31,453 nucleotides of DNA from contig JACPUC010000030.1 of NCBI GenBank assembly GCA_016192455.1, forward strand, positions 124,001 through 155,453, given 5' to 3'. Of the stretch, positions 18,413-28,363 are shown piece by piece (within the stretch, counting starts at the first letter, position 1; each line of letters opens with the position of its first letter). The stretch is from Candidatus Tectimicrobiota bacterium (GTDB lineage: Bacteria > JACPUC01). Position numbers and translations under genes: made by a program. Under the pieces are notes generated by a model. The model had not been told where the DNA came from. It was given only the letters and a program-made list of their open reading frames with translations, and made no database searches.

Positions 18413-18439
18413 TTGACATGCGTGCAAATAGAGTATAGT
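18413..18439 (+). promoter_or_regulatory. Putative promoter upstream of the subtilase
   Basis: TTGACA…TATAGT in an AT-rich patch, but the spacer is only 15 nt. Confidence 0.4.
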
Positions 18440-18698
18440 GAAGTAAAGTATCTTTCTTTACCAGCGCTGGGCGGCAGCCAACGAGGGGGTCCAAACCGAT
18501 CTAAAGGCGCTGAACCTCTCAGGAAGCCAGCTCCTCATCGGCCGCCGCGCGCTGCTCGGAGGAAGGTGCTGGTATTTGACGGACGTCGGCGACGCCACGT
18601 GTGAGAGCGCTCTTGAGCTACCGAGGTGAACCATGCGCAAGGTGAGCTGTATCGCTGGTTTTGGCCGCTTGCCGACGAGCAAGCGGGGGGAAAGGGTC

Positions 18699-20480
18699 AT
18701 GCGTAGGCTGACGCTAGTCTTGCTCATCCTGGCGCTGGGTATGCTGGCGGTTCTGACGCCTCTCAAGGCCCAGGCGCAAGGGCCGGAAAGGTTCAAGGTT
18801 TTCGTGGTGTTCGACCGCCAGCCGGGGCCGACGGATGAAGCCGAGGTGCGGAGCCTTGGCGGCCGGGTTAGGTATGCGTACCACCTGGTGCCGGCGATTG
18901 CGGCTACCGTCCCCGAGGCGGCCCTCCGTGGCCTGTTGGCCAACCCTCGCGTCGTTGCCATCGAAGAGGACGGCGAGGTGCGCGCCATTGATCATGCGAC
19001 TACTGCCGGCGACGCCGAATTAGACAATACTTGGGGCGTCAAGCATATCGGCGCGGGCACGGTGCATGCTGGGGGCAACAAGGGCCTGGGGGTGAGAGTG
19101 GCCGTCATCGACAGCGGCATCGACTGCACGCACCCCGACCTGAATGCGAACTGCGCCGGCGGGTATGACTTTGTAAATAATGACGCGGACCCCAGCGACG
19201 ATAACGGCCACGGCACGCACGTGGCCGGCACGGTTGCCGCCGAGGATGATGGCGCCGGCGTTGTGGGCGTGGCGCCGGCGGCCAGTCTGTATGCGCTGAA
19301 GGTTCTGAGCAGCAGCGGCAGCGGTTCGTGGAGCGACGTGATCGCGGCCCTGCAATGGGCCGTGGACAACGGCATCCAGGTAACCAACAACAGCTACGGG
19401 GCGAGTACGGATCCCGGCACGACCGTGCGGGCGGCGTTTGATAACTCCGCGGCGGCGGGCGTTCTGCATGTGGCCGCCGCGGGCAACAACGGCAATCGCC
19501 GTGGCACCGGCAACAATGTCGGTTGGCCTGCCCGCTATGCCTCCGTCATCGCGGTGGCGGCCACCGATGCAAACGATGCGCGCGCCTCCTTCTCCAGCAC
19601 CGGTGAAACGGTGGAGCTTGCCGCCCCCGGCGTGGCGATCAACTCCACCTTGCTCGGCGGCGGCTACGGCACGGCAAGCGGCACCTCCATGGCCTCTCCG
19701 CATGTGGCGGGCACGGCGGCCCTGGTGATCGCCGCCGGCATCGCCGACGCCAACGGTGACGGCAAGATCAACGACGAGGTGCGGCTGCGGCTGCAAGAGA
19801 CTGCCGACGACCTGGGGGATCCGGGGCGCGACACGAAGTATGGCTTCGGCCTCGTGGACGCCGATGAGGCCGCGGCGATTGGTCCTCAGAACAATCCTCC
19901 CGTTGTCTCTATTACCAGCCCGGCCGACGGCGCGACGTTTGCCTCAGGCGCCACGATTCTGTTCGAGGGGACGGCGAGCGACACCGAGGACGGTGACCTG
20001 ACGGCAGTCCTGGCGTGGAGCTCCAGCATCGATGGTCCGCTCGGCACGGGCGGGAGCTTCTCGACGACGTTGAGCGACGGGAACCACACCATCACCGCCT
20101 CGGTCACCGACTCGGGCGGCAAGACCGGCAGCGCCTCGGTCGGCATCACGGTGGGGACTCCTCCCCCTGGGCCGACGACCGTCAGCGTCGCCTCCATCGC
20201 CTACACCACCGAGGGCGGCAAGAACAGCGATAAACACCTGAACATCACCCTCGCGCTGGTGGACGACCTTGGGAATCCGGTCGCCGGCGCCGCTGTGTCG
20301 ATCACGTTATCGAATGGAACAAGTTCATGGTCCGGCACTGCCACCACAGGTTCCGCTGGGACGGTGACCTTCACACTCAAGAACGCGCCCTCAGGTTGCT
20401 ACACGACGAGTGTCACCAATGTGGCGGCCGCAGGCCTGACGTGGGACGGCGTGACACCGGCAAACGAATTCTGTAAGTAG
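18699..20480 (+). CDS. Secreted S8 (subtilisin-like) serine protease with propeptide and C-terminal Ig-like domains
   Basis: Signal peptide; catalytic triad motifs 'VAVIDSG', 'GHGTHVAG', '[11 protein letters not shown]'; 'AAAGN'; C-terminal Ser/Thr-rich beta domains ('[14 protein letters not shown]'). Confidence 0.95.
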   Translation: MRRLTLVLLILALGMLAVLTPLKAQAQGPERFKVFVVFDRQPGPTDEAEVRSLGGRVRYAYHLVPAIAATVPEAALRGLLANPRVVAIEEDGEVRAIDHATTAGDAELDNTWGVKHIGAGTVHAGGNKGLGVRVAVIDSGIDCTHPDLNANCAGGYDFVNNDADPSDDNGHGTHVAGTVAAEDDGAGVVGVAPAASLYALKVLSSSGSGSWSDVIAALQWAVDNGIQVTNNSYGASTDPGTTVRAAFDNSAAAGVLHVAAAGNNGNRRGTGNNVGWPARYASVIAVAATDANDARASFSSTGETVELAAPGVAINSTLLGGGYGTASGTSMASPHVAGTAALVIAAGIADANGDGKINDEVRLRLQETADDLGDPGRDTKYGFGLVDADEAAAIGPQNNPPVVSITSPADGATFASGATILFEGTASDTEDGDLTAVLAWSSSIDGPLGTGGSFSTTLSDGNHTITASVTDSGGKTGSASVGITVGTPPPGPTTVSVASIAYTTEGGKNSDKHLNITLALVDDLGNPVAGAAVSITLSNGTSSWSGTATTGSAGTVTFTLKNAPSGCYTTSVTNVAAAGLTWDGVTPANEFCK

Positions 20481-20601
20481 CAGGTGAGTTGGTTGACGTT
20501 GCTCGGAGGTATCGGGCGCATCGCAAGATGCGCCCAATCTTTTTGCGGCGAGAGGCATGAAGGGGAGGTAGTTTAACCACCAAGACACAAAGGGCGCCTG
20601 C

Positions 20602-20665
20602 TCTGCGAAATCTGCGTCATCTGCGGATTCTAGGTTTATCCGCAGATTGCGCAGATGACACGGAT
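20602..20665. repeat. 64-bp imperfect palindromic (REP-like) repeat, copy 1
   Basis: TCTGCGAAA-TCTGCGTCA-TCTGCGGAT-tctaggttt-ATCCGCAGA-TTGCGCAGA-TGACACGGAT; 62/64 identical to copy 2. Confidence 0.9.
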
Positions 20666-20720
20666 GAGGGAAAGAGGAGGGGGTTATGGTGACAGAGGTC
20701 GCCTGGATGTGTCTTGTCGT

Positions 20721-20784
20721 TCTGCGAAATCTGCGTCATCCGCGGATTCTAGGTTTATCCGCAGATTGCGCAGATGGCACGGAT
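20721..20784. repeat. 64-bp imperfect palindromic (REP-like) repeat, copy 2; contains the GxxExxY stop codon
   Basis: Direct repeat of 20602-20665 with 2 substitutions. Confidence 0.9.
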
Positions 20785-21173
20785 TTGGAAAAGACGTAGC
20801 GACGGTATTCAAGAGACTGAGCGCCGAAATTGAACAGCAAGCCGACTTCATAGCCACTCGCCTTCAAGTAATTAATGACTTGCGCCTGTTCAGTCCCGCT
20901 GAGTTTTGCCAGTGCCTTGACCTCGACAATGACGGAATCGAAGCAAACGAAGTCAACTCTATAGGCGGTATTGAGGCGCCACCCTTTGTAGAATACCGGC
21001 AATTCAAATTCACGCTTGTACGGCACCCTTCTGACGGCCAGTTCCCGCTCCAGCGCTTCCTGATACACCGCTTCCAGAAATCCACACCCCAGTTGCCCAT
21101 GCACCTCCATGGCGGCACCGATGATGGCATAGGACCTTGGGTCGCTTTTGTCTCTCTGCGCAATCTGCGTCAT
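20736..21173 (-). CDS. GxxExxY protein (PD-(D/E)XK nuclease-like)
   Basis: 'IIGAAMEVHGQLGCGFLEAVYQEAL', 'YRVDFVCFDSVIVEVKA', 'AQVINYLKASG..GLLFNFG'. Confidence 0.93.
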   Translation of the reverse strand: MTQIAQRDKSDPRSYAIIGAAMEVHGQLGCGFLEAVYQEALERELAVRRVPYKREFELPVFYKGWRLNTAYRVDFVCFDSVIVEVKALAKLSGTEQAQVINYLKASGYEVGLLFNFGAQSLEYRRYVFSKSVPSAQSADKPRIRG

Positions 21174-21180
21174 CTGCGGA
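21155..21180. repeat. Half copy of the same 9-nt-periodic repeat; contains the GxxExxY start codon
   Basis: TCTGCGCAA-TCTGCGTCA-TCTGCGGA, 25/26 identical to the left arm of copy 1. Confidence 0.85.
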
Positions 21181-21195
21181 AGCTTCTCGGGCTGA

Positions 21196-21831
21196 TCAGC
21201 GCAGCAGGTTGGCGAAGCGTTCCCAGCGCACCAGGCGCAGCCAATCGGCGCCCCAGTTCCACGACCAGTAGATGATGAACGCCTTGCCGACGATGGCCTT
21301 GCGGTCGACCAGGCCCCAGTAGCGGCTGTCGTAGCTGTTGTCGCGGTTATCCCCCATCATGAAGTATTTGCCTGGCGGAATGGTCAGCGGCCCGAAGTTG
21401 TCGCGGCGGGAGAGGAGGCCCGGCTCAATGCTGCCGAGGTCCGCCTGCGAGTAAGGCTCGGCAAGGGGCGCGCCGTTGATGAACACCCGCTTGCGGGTCA
21501 TCGAGATGCGATCGCCCGACAGGCCGACGACGCGCTTGATGAGGTCGGTCTTGCCGTCCTGGGGCGAGACGAACACCATGATGTCGCCGCGCTTCGGCTC
21601 GGTGAACCAGTAGTAGAACTTCGCCACCAGGACGTGGTCGCCCACCAGGAGGGTGGGGATCATCGACCCGGAGGGGATGTTGAAGGCCTGCACCACGAAG
21701 GTGCGGATGAGGAGCGCCAAAAGGATGGCGACGATGAGCGCCTCGGCGTACTCTCGGAACACCGATTTGCGCCGCGGCTGGGGATCTTGCTGCGGTTGGG
21801 ATACGCTGCGCGGCTGCGGTGATTTCTTCAT
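21196..21831 (-). CDS. lepB: Signal peptidase I
   Basis: TM anchor; 'IPSGSMIPTL'; 'LIKRVVG'; 'MGDNRDNSYDSRYWG'. Confidence 0.95.
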   Translation of the reverse strand: MKKSPQPRSVSQPQQDPQPRRKSVFREYAEALIVAILLALLIRTFVVQAFNIPSGSMIPTLLVGDHVLVAKFYYWFTEPKRGDIMVFVSPQDGKTDLIKRVVGLSGDRISMTRKRVFINGAPLAEPYSQADLGSIEPGLLSRRDNFGPLTIPPGKYFMMGDNRDNSYDSRYWGLVDRKAIVGKAFIIYWSWNWGADWLRLVRWERFANLLR

Positions 21832-22063
21832 ACGCCGTCCATGACTCAGGCGGAAAATGGGAGCTGATTGCGGCGCGGCGGCGCGCGGTTCAGGGCGGCG
21901 CCCCGCGGTTCAGGCCGCCAAGCGGGGGGCGCGGGGGCTCCCCGCCTCCCTCCTGGAGGCCAAAGCTCCACCGCGGAGACACCTCGACCGATGACCCCTC
22001 GAACAAGCGCCCCGGATCATCCTGGATCATTGGGCGGTTGTCTCGGGCTCATGTCCGCCGTCG

Positions 22064-22684
22064 TTAGCGCAGCAGTTTTCCGAGCCGCCGCCAGCGCACT
22101 TTCGCCAGACCTCTTGCCTCCGCGTCCCATGACCAGTAGATGAGGAACGCTTTGCCGACCACTGCGTCGTTGCTGAGCGGCCCCCAGAAGCGGCTGTCGA
22201 GGCTGTCGTCGCGGTTGTCGCCCAACATGAAGTAGGTCCCCGCCGGCAGCGTCAACGGCCCGAAATTGTCCCGATTCGACAGGCGGCCGGGCTGCACCGT
22301 GTCACTCGAGAAGGAGACGTACTCTTCCCGCGCCGGCTGGCCATTGATAGAGATCTGCTTGTTTTTGATCTCGATGGTCTCGCCGGGCAGCCCCACGATG
22401 CGCTTGATGAAGTCGCGCTGCGGATCGAGGGGGAACTCGAAGACAATAATGTCACCCCGCCGCGGCTCGGTAAAGTAGTAGATGAATTTATTCACCAGGA
22501 GGTAGTCGCCGATGCGCAGGGTGGAGAGCATGGAGCCGGAGGGGATGGTGAACGCCTCGACCACGAAGGTGCGAATGCCGAGCGCCAAGATGACGGCCAC
22601 CACGATGGCTTCGGCATAGTGGCGGAAGGCCGACTTGGGCCGCTGCTGCGGTGGCGGCGGAGCTTGCGGGATGGCGTCAGTCAC
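22064..22684 (-). CDS. lepB: Signal peptidase I (second paralog)
   Basis: 'IPSGSMLSTL'; 'FIKRIVGLPG'; 'LGDNRDDSLDSRFWG'; GTG 22684 has an AGGAG SD (alternative start 22705). Confidence 0.95.
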   Translation of the reverse strand: MTDAIPQAPPPPQQRPKSAFRHYAEAIVVAVILALGIRTFVVEAFTIPSGSMLSTLRIGDYLLVNKFIYYFTEPRRGDIIVFEFPLDPQRDFIKRIVGLPGETIEIKNKQISINGQPAREEYVSFSSDTVQPGRLSNRDNFGPLTLPAGTYFMLGDNRDDSLDSRFWGPLSNDAVVGKAFLIYWSWDAEARGLAKVRWRRLGKLLR

Positions 22685-22701
22685 CAGTGCGGGCTCCTTC
22701 C

Positions 22702-24510
22702 TCACTTCTCGGCGTCAATGCGCAGCAAGGCCATGAAGGCCTCCTGAGGGAGCTCCACCTGGCCGACCTGCTTCATGCGTTTCTTCCCCTCTTTCTGCTT
22801 CTCGAGCAACTTCCGCTTGCGCGTGATGTCGCCGCCGTAGCACTTGGCCGTCACGTTCTTGCGCAGAGCCTTCACCGATTCCCGCGCAATGACGCGGCTG
22901 CCGATCGCCGCCTGGATGACCACTTCGAAGAGCTGCCGCGGCACGAGCTGGCGCATCTTCTCCACCAACTCCCGGCCGTAGTCATAGGCGCGGTCACGGT
23001 GCACGATGAGGGAGAGGGCGTCGACCACCTCGCCGTTCACCAGGATGTCCAGCTTCACTAGGTCGGCCTTGCGGTAGCCCAGGAGATCGTAATCGAAGCT
23101 GCCGTAGCCGCGCGTCTGCGACTTGAGCTTGTCGTAGAAGTCGAGCACGATGGAGCTGAGCGGGATTTCGAAGCTGAGCATGGCGCGGCTCTCATCGATG
23201 TACTCCATGCTCTTGTGCAGGCCGCGGCGCTCCGTGGCGAGCTTCATGATGGCGCCGATGCTGCTGGTGGGGGTGATGATCGAGGCCAGGATCACTGGCT
23301 CCTCGATGCGATCGATGAGACCGGCCGCCGGGAAGCGCGAGGGGTTCTGCACCTCGAGCGCCTCCCCGTTCGTCTTGTAGACGCGGTACACGACGGTGGG
23401 CACGGTCACCAGGAGCGTCAGGTCGAACTCGCGCTCCAGGCGTTCCTTGACGATCTCCATGTGCAGCAGGCCAAGGAAGCCGCAGCGAAAGCCGAAGCCG
23501 AGGGAGTCCGAGATCTCCGGCTCATAGCGGATGGCGCTGTCGTTCAGGCAGAGCTTCTCGAGCGCGTCGCGGAGCTGCTCGAACTGGGAGCTCTGCACCG
23601 GGTAGAGGCCGCTGAAGACCATCGGCTTCTTGTCGCGGAAGCCCGTCAGCGGGGCGGCGGCCGGACGCTGCGCATCGGTGACGGTGTCGCCGATCTTCGT
23701 ATCCTGGACGCGCTTGATGCCGGCCAGGAAGTAACCGACCTCGCCGGCCCAGAGCTCCTCGGTCTTCATGCGCCGCAGACGCAGCATGCCCACCTCGCTC
23801 ACTTCGTGGACGCTGCCGTTGCTCATCAGCTCGATGAGCTGACCCTTGCAGATGCGGCCGTTCATCACCCGCACGAGGACCACGGCGCCCTGGTAGGAAT
23901 CAAACCAGGAATCGAAGATGAGCGCCTGCAGGGGAGCGCTGGGATCGCCCTTCGGCGCCGGGATGCGTTCCACAACGGCTTCCAGCACCGCGGCGATGCC
24001 GAGCTTCTCCTTGGCGCTGGTGAGGAGCACGTCCTTGGGGTTGATGTCCAGCAGTTCGCTGAGCTGGCGTTTCACCCCTTCGATGTCGGCATTGGGGAGG
24101 TCGATCTTGTTGATGACCGGGATGATCGTCAGGTTCTGCTCCAGCGCCAGGAAGGCGTTGGCGATGGTTTGCGCCTCGATGCCCTGCGCCGCATCCACGA
24201 CCAGGAGCACCCCTTCGCAGGCCGCCAGGCTGCGCGAGACTTCGTAGCTGAAATCGACGTGTCCGGGAGTATCGATGAGGTTGAGGCGATAGAGGGTGCC
24301 GTTGGGGTGGCGGTAATCAATGCGGATCGCCTGCGCCTTGATGGTGATGCCGCGCTCGCGCTCGATGTCCATCTGGTCGAGCACCTGGTCGGTCATCTCG
24401 CGCTGGCTGATGGTCCCCGTCACTTCAAGCAGACGATCGGCCAGGGTAGATTTTCCATGGTCGATGTGGGCGATAATGGAAAAGTTGCGCACATGCTCCA
24501 GCGTATACAT
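22702..24510 (-). CDS. lepA: Translation elongation factor 4 (LepA)
   Basis: '[19 protein letters not shown]', '[11 protein letters not shown]', '[13 protein letters not shown]', '[25 protein letters not shown]'. Confidence 0.98.
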   Translation of the reverse strand: MYTLEHVRNFSIIAHIDHGKSTLADRLLEVTGTISQREMTDQVLDQMDIERERGITIKAQAIRIDYRHPNGTLYRLNLIDTPGHVDFSYEVSRSLAACEGVLLVVDAAQGIEAQTIANAFLALEQNLTIIPVINKIDLPNADIEGVKRQLSELLDINPKDVLLTSAKEKLGIAAVLEAVVERIPAPKGDPSAPLQALIFDSWFDSYQGAVVLVRVMNGRICKGQLIELMSNGSVHEVSEVGMLRLRRMKTEELWAGEVGYFLAGIKRVQDTKIGDTVTDAQRPAAAPLTGFRDKKPMVFSGLYPVQSSQFEQLRDALEKLCLNDSAIRYEPEISDSLGFGFRCGFLGLLHMEIVKERLEREFDLTLLVTVPTVVYRVYKTNGEALEVQNPSRFPAAGLIDRIEEPVILASIITPTSSIGAIMKLATERRGLHKSMEYIDESRAMLSFEIPLSSIVLDFYDKLKSQTRGYGSFDYDLLGYRKADLVKLDILVNGEVVDALSLIVHRDRAYDYGRELVEKMRQLVPRQLFEVVIQAAIGSRVIARESVKALRKNVTAKCYGGDITRKRKLLEKQKEGKKRMKQVGQVELPQEAFMALLRIDAEK

Positions 24511-25405
24511 CGAGGGAATCCGTTTCAGACCTGACAGTGGTACGGGCAAGGCGCCAAGAGACTCACCTCACCCCTGGGGGCTCCACATCGCCTCCGCGGC
24601 CGCTCGCCGCGCTGAAGCGGCAGGGCTCCCTTCCCCGCGCGCCGCTCAGAAGCTTCGTGCCAAAAACCATGGCAAGGCAGGCAGGTCGACGATCGCCGGC
24701 GCGCCGCCACACCGCGCCACGGCCGCGGCTCTACCCTGCACGTTCAAGACAGCGCGGCGGCCGGGATGGTTCCCTCCCCTCCGCCGCGGCCCATGCGCGC
24801 GGCGCGCCGGGCGAACAACACCGCCGCCTCGCCGGGGAACGGACACTCCTCCGCACCACGAGGCTCTCACCGGCAGAGCCGCACCCGGCAGAACGGCTGT
24901 TTTCATGCGGAAAACCAGCAAGCCGGCGAAGTTGCGCTCGCGTGGGTACGCGCCTGGCGGCGAGAACAGAGGTCCCTTCGCAAGCTGGGCATGGCGCCCG
25001 AGGGCGGGTGCGCGGCGAGCGACAGACATCGGACATGCCGTGGCGCCTTCCGAGGTGAGCCCGCCGCGTCCTCCAGGCAATCTAGCAACATTTGAACTTT
25101 CAGCACGTTATGGTAATGTAACAGGACCAGGGAGAAATCGCAACGAGGAATTCGGTGTATCTCGCCCCGCTGCGGCGCGGCGCGGTCCTGACGCGCGTCG
25201 CGGCGGCGCGGAGCAGAGCGTCGGCGCCAGCAGGCGCGGCGTCGGTTCTCGCAGGGGGTCCCCGGCCAGGGCCGCGCTGTTGCTCCCCGTTGCAACCTCC
25301 CGCCGGCGTGCTTATCTTGACAGCGGAGGAGTAGTCGTCAGGTGTTGGTGAGCGTGGAGGGACGGCAGCCGCCCGCGAGTCGCTCTCCGAGAGGCGACCC
25401 GGAGG

Positions 25406-25434
25406 GGAACTTTCGTTCTCAGGGTGCTGTCTAA
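25406..25434 (+). promoter_or_regulatory. SigmaE-type (autoregulatory) promoter upstream of rpoE
   Basis: GGAACTT-N16-GTCTAA closely matches the RpoE/AlgU consensus; ~80 nt before the sigma gene. Confidence 0.75.
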
Positions 25435-25511
25435 GCTGGCAGTCTTGATGATCCACGCGTCCCCTGCATGGTAGCTTGCCTTTCGTTCCCGGGATCAGGT
25501 AGGGCGGCGAT

Positions 25512-26072
25512 TTGGATTCCGACCAGGTTCTTGTAGACCGCAGTCAGCTAGGGGATACGAAGGCCTTCGACGTGCTGGTGCTGAAGTATCAGCAGCAGGT
25601 CTTCTCGCTCATCTATCGTCTGACGAGTGATCGCCAGGCGGTGGAGGACTTGGCGCAGGACGTCTTTCATAACGCCTATCGCGCCATCAGGCACTTCCAG
25701 GGCAAGTCAAGCTTCTTCACCTGGCTCTACCGCATCACCGTGAATACGTGCATCAACTTCACCAAGCAGCAACGCTTGCGCCGGGTGATCACCTCGGTGG
25801 AAGACAACCCCTACGGAGATGTGCCGTCGCCCAGCCACCAAGAGGTCGACAGCCCGGAGCGGGCGTTGGAGAACAAGCAGCTGGCCGGTCTCATTGAGAA
25901 GGCGCTGTCGAGCATCTCCGAGGATAAGCGGACCATCCTCATCCTGCGTGATATCGAGGGGTTGAGCTACGAGGAGATTGCGGAGATCATGGACTGCCCG
26001 ATTGGGACGGTGCGATCCCGGCTCTTCCGCGCGCGGGAGAAGATTCAGGTAAAACTGCGCGCCTACCTCTAG
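25512..26072 (+). CDS. rpoE: ECF RNA polymerase sigma factor, RpoE/AlgU-like
   Basis: 'GDTKAFDVLVLKYQ', 'EDLAQDVF', 'FFTWLYRITVN', 'EGLSYEEIAEIMDCPIGTVRSRLFRARE'; TTG start. Confidence 0.93.
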   Translation: MDSDQVLVDRSQLGDTKAFDVLVLKYQQQVFSLIYRLTSDRQAVEDLAQDVFHNAYRAIRHFQGKSSFFTWLYRITVNTCINFTKQQRLRRVITSVEDNPYGDVPSPSHQEVDSPERALENKQLAGLIEKALSSISEDKRTILILRDIEGLSYEEIAEIMDCPIGTVRSRLFRAREKIQVKLRAYL

Positions 26073-26141
26073 GCGTGTCCGTAAGGGGCGGCAGGCGTCC
26101 CAGGTGCGAGGTGAGCTCTTTCCAAGCAGAGGGAATCGTTT

Positions 26142-26765
26142 ATGCGATGTCTCGCCACGCGTGAGCAACTGTCGGCATTCATCGACAACGAGCTCGACTC
26201 TCAGGAGGTGCGCGCCCTGAACGCGCACTTGGAAGGGTGCACGAGCTGCCGGCAGGAGCTCGAGCAGTTGCGCGCGGCGCAGATGCTGCTGCGGGAAGTG
26301 GCGTTTGCCGTGCCGGCGCCCAAGCCGTCGGTCCATTTTTCCGCGCGCGTCATGCAGGCTATCGCCGAGGACGACCTGTCGCACGCGCCGCAGGCGCGCG
26401 GCCCCTTCCTGGCCGAGCCTGCGCTGGGGCGCTTCTGGGAGGCACTCCTCGAGCGCGCGCACGGCTGGCTGCGCCTGCCTCGCTACGCGCTCAGCATGGC
26501 GAGCCTGGCGCTGGCCATCGGCGTTTTGACCATGGTGGTCAGTGGTGGCGGGGTGAAGTTCGCGGCGAGCTGGTTTGGCCCGCAGCGCCCCACCCTCACC
26601 ACCGTGTACAAGCTTCCCCAGATTGCCAGCCTCAAGATGCCGCGAGAGACCGACCTCGAAGAAGCGCTGCGGGAGTTCGCCTACCACTCCTCCGGCGAGC
26701 CCACCCTGGAGGGCGGGGCATGGGTGGCCTTAGCGCAGGTTCGCTATGGGGCGGGGGCCAACTAG
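26142..26765 (+). CDS. Transmembrane anti-sigma factor with zf-HC2 (ZAS) domain
   Basis: 'C…LSAFIDNEL…HLEGCTSC' (HxxxCxxC); one TM helix; directly downstream of rpoE. Confidence 0.88.
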   Translation: MRCLATREQLSAFIDNELDSQEVRALNAHLEGCTSCRQELEQLRAAQMLLREVAFAVPAPKPSVHFSARVMQAIAEDDLSHAPQARGPFLAEPALGRFWEALLERAHGWLRLPRYALSMASLALAIGVLTMVVSGGGVKFAASWFGPQRPTLTTVYKLPQIASLKMPRETDLEEALREFAYHSSGEPTLEGGAWVALAQVRYGAGAN

Positions 26766-26838
26766 ACGGAGCTGGCGGCGCCGTTTGAGGCAGCGGCAGG
26801 GGAAGTGCGAGGCATCTGCCGCACGGTCGGGTTGAACC

Positions 26839-28044
26839 ATGATGCACGACACCTTGGCAAGCTCGGCGCTCCCGGAGAGCGCCGCGCGGCGGCAAAGTGG
26901 GAGGCTGCTGGTGCAGAACGTTCCGCATTCTCCGCCATGGGGCCGGAGGTCGCTTGCCTCCTCGCTCAGCCGGAGGCTAGCCTGGCTGCGGCGGTTGGGG
27001 AGGCGATGGGGGCTCCCAGGGCTGTGCGGCGCGCTCCTCCTCGGCAGCGCCTGGCCGGCCAGCGCGTGGGCCATCGAGGCGAAAGCCTGGCACATGCTCG
27101 AGCGCATGGCGCAGGCCGAGCTAAGCCAGGTCTACGCCGGCGAGAAAGTGGTGGCGGACCTGACGCAGCCCGTGCCGAAATTCCTCCACTTCCGTGTTAT
27201 TCGGTTGCTTCCCAACCTGGAGCGTCGAGAGTTCCTACACACCAACAACCAACCGGCCGATGTCGTCGTCAATGACGGCAACTATCTCTGGCACTATCAA
27301 CCGTTGCGCGGCCTCGTGGAGAAGCGCAAAGCACCCTCCCTGCAGCAACGTCGCACCTTGCAGCTCCGCACCCTCGATCTCATCAAGGAGAATTACGCAG
27401 TCAAGGTTCAGGCTCTCGAGCAGCCGCTGGATGGGCGCCGCGCTGATCTCCTGGAGTTCTCCAGCAAGTTGGAATCCGCCCGCCTGCTGCGGCGTGTGTG
27501 GATTGACCGTGAAACAGGCTTGGCGCTGCGGACGGAGGTGTACGGCCTCGACGCGCGGCTGACCCATCTCTCCTACTTCACCCGCATCAACTTCAGCCCC
27601 GCGGTGTACAGCGAAACCTTCGAGCTGCGGGTGCCGAACTCCACCCGCATGCGGACCGTGGAGGAGCTCTCCCTCTCCACGCTGAGAGAGATTTCGCAGG
27701 AATTCGAGCGCTCCCAGTCGGTGCGGGTGCACCGCCCCAGCTACCTGCCGCCGGGGTTTTCGATCATCCGTTCGCAAGTCCAGTCGGTGAACAGCGAGAA
27801 GAAAGTGCTGCTCAAGTTCTCGGACGGGCTCAACACCTTGCTCCTCTATCAGACCGTGTTGCCGTCGGCGCCCCGGCCCTCGAATCAGCCGAGCCGCCCC
27901 ATCGATATCGGGGGAGTGGCGGGTCACATCTTCGAGCTGGGCTACGTGCGCGCCCTGAAGTGGCACCGGGATGGCAACTATTACACCTTGGTAGGGAATC
28001 TTCCCGAAGAAGAACTCGTCCGTACCGCCGCCTCAATCCAATGA
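26839..28044 (+). CDS. rseB: MucB/RseB-family periplasmic sigma-E regulator
   Basis: Signal-like segment ending 'ASAWA'; 'RRVWIDRETGLALR'; 'PSYLPPGF'; 'FSDGLNTLLLY'; gene context; start uncertain. Confidence 0.8.
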   Translation: MMHDTLASSALPESAARRQSGRLLVQNVPHSPPWGRRSLASSLSRRLAWLRRLGRRWGLPGLCGALLLGSAWPASAWAIEAKAWHMLERMAQAELSQVYAGEKVVADLTQPVPKFLHFRVIRLLPNLERREFLHTNNQPADVVVNDGNYLWHYQPLRGLVEKRKAPSLQQRRTLQLRTLDLIKENYAVKVQALEQPLDGRRADLLEFSSKLESARLLRRVWIDRETGLALRTEVYGLDARLTHLSYFTRINFSPAVYSETFELRVPNSTRMRTVEELSLSTLREISQEFERSQSVRVHRPSYLPPGFSIIRSQVQSVNSEKKVLLKFSDGLNTLLLYQTVLPSAPRPSNQPSRPIDIGGVAGHIFELGYVRALKWHRDGNYYTLVGNLPEEELVRTAASIQ

Positions 28045-28363
28045 TCGTCAACGACGCGGCTGCAGCCGACCCTTGGCCCCTGGGGGAGGGAGGCGGGATT
28101 CTCTGCGCGGCTGAGCCGCGCGGAGCGCTCCTGGCGTAAGCGCCGCAGCCGCGCGCCGCTCGTTGCCAAGCGCCGCCGGTCGGCGCCGGTGAAGAAGGTC
28201 GCTGATCCCTGCCCCGAAGAGCCTCCCCATGCCCGGGCGTTCGAGGCGCCTGATCGGTTGGCCCAAGTGAGCGGCCGGGATAAGCGGGCGGCGCGCCTGG
28301 GCGGGCTGTCCCAGGGGCTGTACGAAGGGAGCCGGGACGCCTCCCCTGTTTCTCCTGTTCTCT

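Noticed and set aside
18500-18535. Glycine or TPP riboswitch call
   Set aside because: Only fragments (CTCTCAGG, TGAACCT) match and core conserved elements are missing; kept only as an unnamed structured leader
20602-20784. CRISPR array
   Set aside because: Only two 64-bp units, internal 9-mer periodicity, overlap with a CDS, and no cas genes
28045-28363. rseC/mucC gene or remnant
   Set aside because: No frame shows the Cys motif or two TM helices of RseC
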